Positions 53,695 to 60,772 of a DNA stretch of 60,772 nucleotides are shown here, piece by piece. The notes under the pieces are model-generated. The model saw only the letters and a program-made list of their open reading frames with translations, ran no database searches and was not told the origin of the DNA. Numbering within the stretch: position 1 is the first letter of the stretch; the number at the start of each line of letters is the position of its first letter. Made by a program: the position numbers and the translations under genes. The DNA is taken from the NCBI GenBank assembly GCA_045652625.1, contig JAZRUR010000033.1, positions 1 to 60,772 on the forward strand. The letters run 5' to 3'. This stretch comes from Eubacteriales bacterium (GTDB taxonomy: Bacteria; Bacillota; Clostridia; Oscillospirales; CAG-382).

Positions 53695-55746
53695 GTGCAC
53701 TATATGTTTAAAAAACTATTATGTGCAGCAATTGTGCTGTTGATGCTTGTTCCTATGTTCGCATCAAGCGTATCTGCTGCAGATGAAATTGTTTCGGCGG
53801 GTAAGCCGTATACTGTTGAGTATGCGGCTGCCATCGAAAATGCATATCCTAAAAAAGCATATCAAAGCGAAAATAAACTTACCGACGGTGTAAGGGCTAC
53901 CACCGATTCGTATAATGATAAAGCATGGCTTGAATTATACAGAGGTGTTGAAGCCGTTGTTACCATCGACCTTGAAGAAGTTATGGCTATAAACAAGGTA
54001 ACTCTTGGTCAGTTCCAACATAAAGCCGCAGGTATAGTTTGTTCCCGATATGTTGAGATCTATGTATCCGAAGACGGTGAAAATTACGGTTTTGCAGGTA
54101 AAATGGAAGACGGACGTCTTGCCACTTACACGGTTGCAAAGCGCGTAAGTTTAACTGTAGAACTCGAAAACAGTTATAAGGCACGTTACGTTCGTGTAGT
54201 ATTTTCCAGTAGTGTAAATACATACGTTGACGAAATTTTGGTTTACGGTAATTCAAATACCGATTCTGCTATTTCGGGCGAACCTTATACCGAAGAGGAA
54301 AAAGATTTTTCAGGCGATATAGACGGCATCAAGAGCGTTTCCTTGATGTATATTTCGACTCAATACACGACTCAAATTTTAAAACCCTATGTTGCTTACG
54401 TTGACAACAAGGGTGCGGTTCAGGATACAATGTTTGATTCATTGTTATTCCTTGGAATGCCGCCTGAAACAGCAAAGAATCGTCCTATGAACCAGGTTGA
54501 AATGCAGGAATTTGTTGCAACCGTTTTCTCCGACACCTATAATGTCGGTGCGTTGAATACGGTTGTAGGCGAATTAAAGGATGATCTTGGTCTTGCTGAC
54601 GATTATAAGTATCCTATTTTCATGTCTGTACCCAACATCAAATATTATACCGGTATTTTCGGTGAAATCGACGGCAAAAAGATACCTTCCAATTCTTTGG
54701 AAAAACGTTGTGATATCGTTAAGTGGTATATCGACTATGTAGAAGCCGAATTTGCAAAGTGCAATTACGAGAATGTAGAACTCAAGGGCTTATACTGGTT
54801 CGCTGAAAGCATCAATTACGCTGACTCTACCCACGAATCGGAACTTGTTAAGTATTTCAACGATTATTCCCACGATAAGGGATATAAGACGATGTGGATA
54901 CCTTATTACACCGCTTCGGGTATTGACGAAGCAAAAGACCTTGGATTCGATTCTGTTACCATGCAAAGCGGTTATGCTTTTAACAAAGATGACCCTGAAA
55001 CCGGCAAGGTTCAACCTGAAGCTTGTGTCGACGCTGCTGCAATAGCTAAGCAGTACGGACTGAATGGCACGGAATTCGAATTGGATATTGGTAACGCCTC
55101 CAAGGACTATACCAAACGATTAGCAAAATATGTCAGCGCAGCGTATGGTGCAGGTGTAATGGAAAAAGGCATGATGACCATGTACCAGCGAGGTAGTGAT
55201 CTTTATATCAGTGCAATGAGTTCGACTGCAGCAGGCAGAGAAGCATATGAATTGACATATAAGTACTGCTCCGGCACATACAAAGAAATTGCGCCTGTCA
55301 TTAAAGAAGGTAAGACTGTAACCGTTTCTGTTGATAGTTATTATAACGACAAATTCGAAGTTATCGACGAAGATACCAAGAAGAGCGACCTTAAGATCGC
55401 TGAAATCGAAAAACCCGAAGGCATATACTTTGCCGCAGAGGGCAATGGTTTCTTCGAAGTTCAGACCTACGATTGCAAACCCGGTACATATACTGCACGT
55501 CTTTCTGTAACCGACGGTAGCAATGTTTCCAATACCGTGGAAATCAAGATAATTGTTGAACCCGGTGAAGGAAGCGACGCATCCGGCGATGCAAGCGGCG
55601 TGTCCGACGACACTTCCGACGGATCTGACGATGAAAATAAAGGCGGCATCGATCTTTGGGTAATAATCCTTATTGTTGTCGGTGTACTTGTTGTTGCAGG
55701 TGCAGTTATTGCCGTACTTAAAATCCGTTCTTCTAAAAACAAGTAA
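53695..55746 (+). CDS. Membrane-anchored secreted protein: discoidin/F5-8-like domain + DUF4855 (putative glycoside hydrolase) + C-terminal TM
   Basis: Signal peptide; LTDG..VTIDL..ARYVRV; DTMFDSLLFL, GLYWFAE, WIPYY, GFD..MQSGY, GTEFE; acidic linker, TM, basic tail. Start GTG 53695 or ATG 53704. Confidence 0.7.
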   Translation: MHYMFKKLLCAAIVLLMLVPMFASSVSAADEIVSAGKPYTVEYAAAIENAYPKKAYQSENKLTDGVRATTDSYNDKAWLELYRGVEAVVTIDLEEVMAINKVTLGQFQHKAAGIVCSRYVEIYVSEDGENYGFAGKMEDGRLATYTVAKRVSLTVELENSYKARYVRVVFSSSVNTYVDEILVYGNSNTDSAISGEPYTEEEKDFSGDIDGIKSVSLMYISTQYTTQILKPYVAYVDNKGAVQDTMFDSLLFLGMPPETAKNRPMNQVEMQEFVATVFSDTYNVGALNTVVGELKDDLGLADDYKYPIFMSVPNIKYYTGIFGEIDGKKIPSNSLEKRCDIVKWYIDYVEAEFAKCNYENVELKGLYWFAESINYADSTHESELVKYFNDYSHDKGYKTMWIPYYTASGIDEAKDLGFDSVTMQSGYAFNKDDPETGKVQPEACVDAAAIAKQYGLNGTEFELDIGNASKDYTKRLAKYVSAAYGAGVMEKGMMTMYQRGSDLYISAMSSTAAGREAYELTYKYCSGTYKEIAPVIKEGKTVTVSVDSYYNDKFEVIDEDTKKSDLKIAEIEKPEGIYFAAEGNGFFEVQTYDCKPGTYTARLSVTDGSNVSNTVEIKIIVEPGEGSDASGDASGVSDDTSDGSDDENKGGIDLWVIILIVVGVLVVAGAVIAVLKIRSSKNK

Positions 55747-55771
55747 TTTTAATAAGGAGCGTATTTAATTT

Positions 55772-57091
55772 ATGAAGAGAATTATTGCAATTGTTCTCGT
55801 TTGCTTTTTGGCCATGTCTTTCGTAGCATGTGGCGCCGGCGACGAAGAAAGCAATCCTACTTTTTCTACTGCAAGTAAGACCGAAGATGATTCTTCTGCA
55901 GCAGACACCTCTAAGACCGAATCTTCCAAGGATGAATCTTCCGATACTTCCTCTGAAGCGGTTGTTCCCGTTGAATACACAAACAAGTTTATCTCTTGGG
56001 GCGATTACACCAAGACTGACCGTACCAAAGTAGTTGCTACCGGTGCAACCTCGCTTCAACTTTCCAAGATTAACGAACCTGTAGGCGAAAGAGATAACGG
56101 CGTGTTCACTTCTGTTTACGGCAGAACCATCGAAGCAGAAGGTCAGGATTACGCTAACTACGCAGTTGCTGTTTTCGAATATGATCACAGCAAATTCTCC
56201 TACATCAAAACTTCCTTTGCTAATGCTGGCGAAGCAGACGCAAAGACTGCTATCCCCGAAGACGGTTTTGTTGTAGTTGTTTGGAAAGATAACACCGCTA
56301 AAATCAGTGCTATCGAAAGCGCTGACAATACAATAGCGTTCTTCCCCCACGGTTTCGTTGCTAATAACGGTCTTGATACTAAGATCAAGGCTGCTAAGGC
56401 TACTCCTGTAATCGACGGTAAGATTTCTTCTGGTGAATACGGAAGTGTTGTTTGGGATATTAAACCCGAAAACGAACTCGTAAGTTACGCTCAGTTTGAA
56501 GTAAACAACTACTACGCAACTGCAGAAGTTTACATGACTTATGATGCAAACAGATTGTATCTTGGTGTAGTTGTTGACACTCCTATGCACGACAACATCT
56601 GCAATGCAGATAGCGCGGCTCAAATGTACAAGTACGACTGTATTCAGGTTAACCTCTCTGCATTCGGTGCAGACAGCGAATACATCGGCGAAAACTGGGA
56701 ATTCGTTCGTGCTACTAAAGATATGACCTCGCAAGACAATACTGTACGTCAATATGGCTTTGCTGTAAACAATGACGGCGAAACCGTTACTCACGTATGG
56801 TTGCCCGACGGAGCTGTTCCTAACAACTGCGACGCATTCTGCGTATATGACGAAGGCGCTGGTAAGATCTATTACGAAGCAGCAATCGGTTGGGACGAAC
56901 TCGGCACTTCCGACTTCCCCGTAGAAGCACCTGTTAAGGGCGACGAAATCGGCGTTTCGGTTTCTATCAACTGCTCTAACTTCGACGAAGAATTGCAACA
57001 ACCCTCGTTGAAGAGTATCTTCCTTCGTGACGGCGGCGGAATCATCGGTATCAACGACTGGACCAAGATTCCTACCATCACTCTCGACTAA
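55772..57091 (+). CDS. Lipoprotein with C-terminal CBM9-like sugar-binding domain
   Basis: Lipobox FVAC, Ser/Asp-rich linker, PVIDGKISSGEY..YDANRLYLGVVV..YEAAIGW. Confidence 0.65.
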   Translation: MKRIIAIVLVCFLAMSFVACGAGDEESNPTFSTASKTEDDSSAADTSKTESSKDESSDTSSEAVVPVEYTNKFISWGDYTKTDRTKVVATGATSLQLSKINEPVGERDNGVFTSVYGRTIEAEGQDYANYAVAVFEYDHSKFSYIKTSFANAGEADAKTAIPEDGFVVVVWKDNTAKISAIESADNTIAFFPHGFVANNGLDTKIKAAKATPVIDGKISSGEYGSVVWDIKPENELVSYAQFEVNNYYATAEVYMTYDANRLYLGVVVDTPMHDNICNADSAAQMYKYDCIQVNLSAFGADSEYIGENWEFVRATKDMTSQDNTVRQYGFAVNNDGETVTHVWLPDGAVPNNCDAFCVYDEGAGKIYYEAAIGWDELGTSDFPVEAPVKGDEIGVSVSINCSNFDEELQQPSLKSIFLRDGGGIIGINDWTKIPTITLD

Positions 57092-57113
57092 TTAAAACGA
57101 GGTATAAACCGTT

Positions 57114-57983
57114 ATGAAAATAGGCGTCAGTCTTTATAGTTTTCGCAATTATGCCGACGAAGATTCGCTCGGTATAAAGGGTTGCATTGATAAGGTTAAA
57201 GAATTCGGCGGCGAAGGTGTAGATTTCATCGAAACGCCAAAGTACAAAGATGACCTTGCTGCATATATCAATTATGCAAAAGATATAGGTGATTATTGTA
57301 AGAGTGTTGGCATAGAAGCATGTTGCTTCTGTGTCGGATCGGATTTTCTTAACCGTGATACTGATGCCGAAATACAGCGTGTAAAAGGTTTGGTAGATGT
57401 CGCAGAGGCTTACGGTTGTAAGTTGATACGTCATGATGCTACATCGGGTTATCCTGTTACTGAGAAAAAGACCGGCAGAAGTTTTGATTACGTTCTTCCT
57501 ATCCTTGCAAGAGCATATCGCGAAGTTACCGAATATGCTGAAACTAAGGGTATCAAGACTTGTATCGAGAACCACGGATTTTTCGCTCAGGACCCCGAAC
57601 GTGTAGAAAAACTTATTAACGCTGTCGACCACCCCAACTTTGGCGCATTGGTCGATATCGGGAACTTCGCTTGTTCCGATACTGACCATAATTACGCTGT
57701 CGGTTTGCTCTCGCCTTATGCCTTCCATGCCCACGCGAAGGATTTTCATAAGAGGAGCGGTTCGCTCGATAATCCGGGCGAGGGTTGGTTCCAATCTCGC
57801 GGCGGTAACTATCTTCGCGGTTCTATTATAGGACACGGTGATGTTCCCGTACGTCAATGTGTACAAACGCTTAAACGCAACTCTTATGACGGTTTTCTAT
57901 GTATCGAATTCGAAGGCATGGAAGACCCGTTGAAGGGTATCCGTATAGGTTGTGAAAACCTAAAGCGTTTTATCAATCAGTAA
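57114..57983 (+). CDS. Sugar phosphate isomerase/epimerase (TIM barrel, xylose isomerase-like)
   Basis: SLYSF, CIENHG, VDIGNF, HAHAKD, IGHGDV, CIEFEG metal-ligand pattern. Confidence 0.85.
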   Translation: MKIGVSLYSFRNYADEDSLGIKGCIDKVKEFGGEGVDFIETPKYKDDLAAYINYAKDIGDYCKSVGIEACCFCVGSDFLNRDTDAEIQRVKGLVDVAEAYGCKLIRHDATSGYPVTEKKTGRSFDYVLPILARAYREVTEYAETKGIKTCIENHGFFAQDPERVEKLINAVDHPNFGALVDIGNFACSDTDHNYAVGLLSPYAFHAHAKDFHKRSGSLDNPGEGWFQSRGGNYLRGSIIGHGDVPVRQCVQTLKRNSYDGFLCIEFEGMEDPLKGIRIGCENLKRFINQ

Positions 57984-57990
57984 TTTACTT

Positions 57991-58022
57991 TATATGGGGC
58001 GCCTAATTAAGCGCCCCATATA
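57991..58022 (+). terminator. Stem-loop after the carbohydrate operon
   Basis: TATATGGGGCGC-CTAATTAA-GCGCCCCATATA. Confidence 0.7.
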
Positions 58023-58037
58023 TTAAATTAAGGGCAT

Positions 58038-58736
58038 TTGGATATCGAAAGACATATTATGGAACAGAAAAAACGAGATATTGCACCCGAAAATAGGCGC
58101 GACACCGCGTCAGATAAAAAGAAAATAAAAAAAGCGGCTATAGCCGTTATCTGTGTATTTGCATTTCTTGGATTACTTTTAGGCGTTCTTGCGATTATTA
58201 CAGAATTGTTAGAACCCGAATATGATGATACTTCTTACGAAGATTTCCGCTTTTTTGAAGCGGATTATAATAAGAATATTTTTGAAGACGAATTGTATCT
58301 CAGCCGTGACCGTAACATTTATTATAACCGTTACGGTACCGAAAGCATCTTGACAGAATCAAATGCTGATGATATTTCGGTAAGCGCAGACTTTTTCCTT
58401 GATTATTTCAATTGTGTTATAAACGGCGATTATCAATCGTATCCTCAATTTTTTACAAACGAATGCCTCAATTCTGACGGTTTCACTTTACCAGAAAAGT
58501 TCACAATGCAAGGACTTTACGATATTCATGTTAATTTGTATAACGCAAATGTCGGCGATGAAGACAACGGGGAAGTTGTTACCGAAATATACGAGGTAAG
58601 TTACCGAATTTTTGAAAATAATGGGACGTTTAGGAGCGACATTCTTCCTGATGAAACTCGCACCCTCGTCTTTGAACTATATATTTCAGGCAGTACGGTG
58701 AAAATCAATGCGATCGGACACCGTACTAATGGCTGA
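58038..58736 (+). CDS. Hypothetical single-pass membrane protein
   Basis: Basic N-terminus, one TM, acidic extracellular domain; start TTG 58038 or ATG 58059. Confidence 0.7.
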   Translation: MDIERHIMEQKKRDIAPENRRDTASDKKKIKKAAIAVICVFAFLGLLLGVLAIITELLEPEYDDTSYEDFRFFEADYNKNIFEDELYLSRDRNIYYNRYGTESILTESNADDISVSADFFLDYFNCVINGDYQSYPQFFTNECLNSDGFTLPEKFTMQGLYDIHVNLYNANVGDEDNGEVVTEIYEVSYRIFENNGTFRSDILPDETRTLVFELYISGSTVKINAIGHRTNG

Positions 58737-58763
58737 TTACTTGTTAAATGGAGTGATTAATTT

Positions 58764-59471
58764 ATGGGCAATATCAACTACTCGCGTGAGGTCGAGGAAT
58801 TTGAACGCCGTATAAACGAATTAAAGGGTAAAGCGAACTCGATTTTTGGCGAAATCAAAAGTGAGGTTGGCGCCATACGCGACCGCGACCCCGCCGCACG
58901 TACAACCGCAGAGGTATTGTTGCTTTATCCCGGTTTACATGCCATACTTGCGCATAGAGTCGCACATAAACTTTATAAATCGGGCAAGTATTTCGCTGCA
59001 AGAGCGATAAGCCAAGCAGCCCGTAACGCTACGGGTATAGAAATACACCCTGCTGCGCAAATAGGCAAGGGGCTGTTTATCGACCACGGATGCGCTGTCG
59101 TTATCGGCGAGACCACTATTATTGGCGATAACTGTACTATTTATCAGGGCGCAACTTTGGGCGGTACAGGTAAGCATGTCGGCAAACGTCACCCTACTAT
59201 CGGTAATAATGTTATGATCGGCGCAGGTGCAAAGGTTTTAGGACCGATTACTATCGGGGATAATTCCAAAATCGCCGCAGGTGCTGTTGTACTTAAGGAT
59301 ATTCCCGAAAATTCGACTGCCGTAGGTGTACCTGCACGTGTGGTTCGCGGTAAGACCGTCGATAAGGCACAGAACCTCGACCAACTTAATGTACCGGACC
59401 CTGTTGCTCAGGAATTGAACGTTCTTCGCGCTCGCATCGAAGAACTCGAAAAGAAAATATCAAATGAATAA
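58764..59471 (+). CDS. cysE: Serine O-acetyltransferase
   Basis: RDPAA, YPGLHA, TGIEIHP, FIDHG, LGGTGK..KRHPT, hexapeptide repeats. Confidence 0.93.
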   Translation: MGNINYSREVEEFERRINELKGKANSIFGEIKSEVGAIRDRDPAARTTAEVLLLYPGLHAILAHRVAHKLYKSGKYFAARAISQAARNATGIEIHPAAQIGKGLFIDHGCAVVIGETTIIGDNCTIYQGATLGGTGKHVGKRHPTIGNNVMIGAGAKVLGPITIGDNSKIAAGAVVLKDIPENSTAVGVPARVVRGKTVDKAQNLDQLNVPDPVAQELNVLRARIEELEKKISNE

Positions 59472-59472
59472 A

Positions 59473-59500
59473 AAAGCGGAGTGGAATTCCACTCCGCTTT
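59473..59500. terminator. Perfect 28-bp palindrome / bidirectional terminator
   Basis: AAAGCGGAGTGGAATTCCACTCCGCTTT. Confidence 0.75.
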
Positions 59501-60182
59501 AAATATCTCCGTATGATTTATTTATAAGACTTGTTTTACCGAAAAAGTTTTCGTCAGGGAAATGTGTTTCGCACCATTCAGGCTTATACTTGTCAGCATA
59601 TTTTGAAAAACTCCAAGATTTTGTAGAAGTTGAACCTGATGACATATGCATTCTTTGAGCAAAATTATAACTTGCGTAATACAAAACAAAAAACGAAAGT
59701 GTGTCTGCAAATTGACTGTAATCGTCTAAAAGATAAAGTTTGTGAGTATATTTATAATCATTTACTGAGAGATAAGTTTCTATCAAGGCAATTTGAGTAT
59801 CGCCTTGATATATTGAAACATAGTCAAAAGATCCCCGCGACAAACAATAGCAGTGAAAAATTCCCCCACTATCTAAAGCAATAACATAAAAACTTTTCAA
59901 AAAGCCGTGTTTTGAAAACACAATACTTCCGTATATGTCATTATTTTTATAAAGGTGAAAAACCCTTGTTAAATTTGCTTCGCCGAAAAGATAACGCAAT
60001 GGAATATAATTAACCCATTTGGAAATATTGTAAATACCTTTAATTGTGTTTTCTTTATTGAAAAGTGTTATAGATTGTAAGCGGCTGATGCTACCAGCAT
60101 CACCTTGATAATAAAAGTTTTCACTTTCAATATCATATGATTGTTTAATGTTAGATGCAGTTTGAGAAATTTTAATAATCAT
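59499..60182 (-). CDS. Hypothetical protein (AT-rich)
   Basis: 227-aa ORF with SD AAGGCGGTGA; no recognised motif. Confidence 0.7.
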   Translation of the reverse strand: MIIKISQTASNIKQSYDIESENFYYQGDAGSISRLQSITLFNKENTIKGIYNISKWVNYIPLRYLFGEANLTRVFHLYKNNDIYGSIVFSKHGFLKSFYVIALDSGGIFHCYCLSRGSFDYVSIYQGDTQIALIETYLSVNDYKYTHKLYLLDDYSQFADTLSFFVLYYASYNFAQRMHMSSGSTSTKSWSFSKYADKYKPEWCETHFPDENFFGKTSLINKSYGDI

Positions 60183-60302
60183 CAAATCACCGCCTTTCTT
60201 TTATTATAACATAACAATTCTAAAAAGTAAACACATCGTATAAATCTCCTCCTTTTTACAAATAATAACACCACAAATGTAAAAACAAGGAGAAATTTAT
60301 AT

Positions 60303-60479
60303 ATGAAAGCAACAGGAATTGTGCGCCGTATTGATGATTTGGGGCGCGTTGTAATACCCAAAGAAATAAGACGTGTCATGAGGATTCGAGAAGGTGACCC
60401 GTCACATACCACATTGACACTTTTCGACAGGTTTTATTGTGCGATACATAGTGTGGTGGAGAGATATAAAGCGAGGTGA
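60303..60479 (+). pseudogene. Truncated AbrB/SpoVT-family regulator (N-terminal 33 aa, then unrelated tail)
   Basis: MKATGIVRRIDDLGRVVIPKEIRRVMRIREGDP followed by non-homologous SHTTL...; SD AAGGAG; too short for the ORF track. Confidence 0.8.
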
Positions 60480-60494
60480 ATTTCACCTCGCTTT
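60468..60494. terminator. 27-bp palindrome / bidirectional terminator
   Basis: AAAGCGAGGTGAA-T-TTCACCTCGCTTT. Confidence 0.75.
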
Positions 60495-60498
60495 TGAA

Positions 60499-60756
60499 TT
60501 AAAAATTATCTAAAATGTATTGTTTGGTAGATGGTGTTGTTGGTGGCGTATCAATCATAAAAAACTCCTTGGCAGGAACTGGGTCTTTTTGATAATCAAC
60601 GAGTTTTGCTCTACGTTTTTCAAGCGGATTTCGTTTTTCCCATTCTATAAACTCAAGCAAACGTTCCTTAATTAAAGATTTGGTTGTCCATTCCTCACAC
60701 CATTGTTCGAACTTTTGCATTATTTCTTCAGGTGTTGTTTGCTCAATTTGTGTCAT
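60499..60756 (-). CDS. Hypothetical protein (frame open to window edge, may be 5'-truncated)
   Basis: 85-aa AT-rich ORF ending 4 nt from a terminator hairpin. Confidence 0.5.
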   Translation of the reverse strand: MTQIEQTTPEEIMQKFEQWCEEWTTKSLIKERLLEFIEWEKRNPLEKRRAKLVDYQKDPVPAKEFFMIDTPPTTPSTKQYILDNF

Positions 60757-60772
60757 CCAATGTCCATAATAA

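Noticed and set aside
58736..58764. T-box leader for cysE
   Set aside because: Only 27 nt separate cysE from the upstream gene and no T-box motif is present.
60439..60467. Group II intron 5' end (GTGCGA) after the truncated abrB
   Set aside because: The motif is about 40 nt from the breakpoint, and no intron domains or reverse transcriptase are visible.

Overview
Chromosomal window from a low-GC Gram-positive anaerobe. Clostridia-like origin is inferred from sortase pili, TepA, an AbrB/SpoVT fragment, sigma-A promoters and lipoprotein solute-binding proteins. Left to right: (1) a partial secreted repeat protein; (2) a MarR-associated operon of long-chain acyl-CoA synthetase, Fe-ADH, aldehyde dehydrogenase and a YhhN/lysoplasmalogenase-like protein, preceded by twin palindromic operators; (3) an rmlABDC+GT2 module bracketed by perfect 65-bp direct repeats and containing tRNA-Met relics; (4) a convergent Wzx/Wzy polysaccharide locus with glf and a pyruvyltransferase-ferredoxin-FrhB fusion; (5) a sortase C pilus locus; (6) VUT transporter+SDR, acyltransferase+GltS-like symporter and MATE; (7) an orphan Imm40-like gene, tRNA-Ser(CGA) and an interrupted tRNA-Ser relic; (8) a 2353-aa cyclic beta-1,2-glucan synthase; (9) tepA, an atypical thioredoxin, ClC, a second acyl-CoA synthetase, ung and mgtE; (10) a permease-less carbohydrate locus and cysE; (11) an AT-rich edge with a truncated abrB/spoVT-like gene. 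The best leads are three. First, a ~115-nt covarying structured element found twice, each time at the D-loop position of a decayed tRNA copy. Second, a leader-peptide/anti-SD switch ahead of mgtE that does not resemble an M-box. Third, a candidate plasmalogen (vinyl-ether lipid) salvage operon. All family calls come from manual motif reading; no database searches or folding programs were run.
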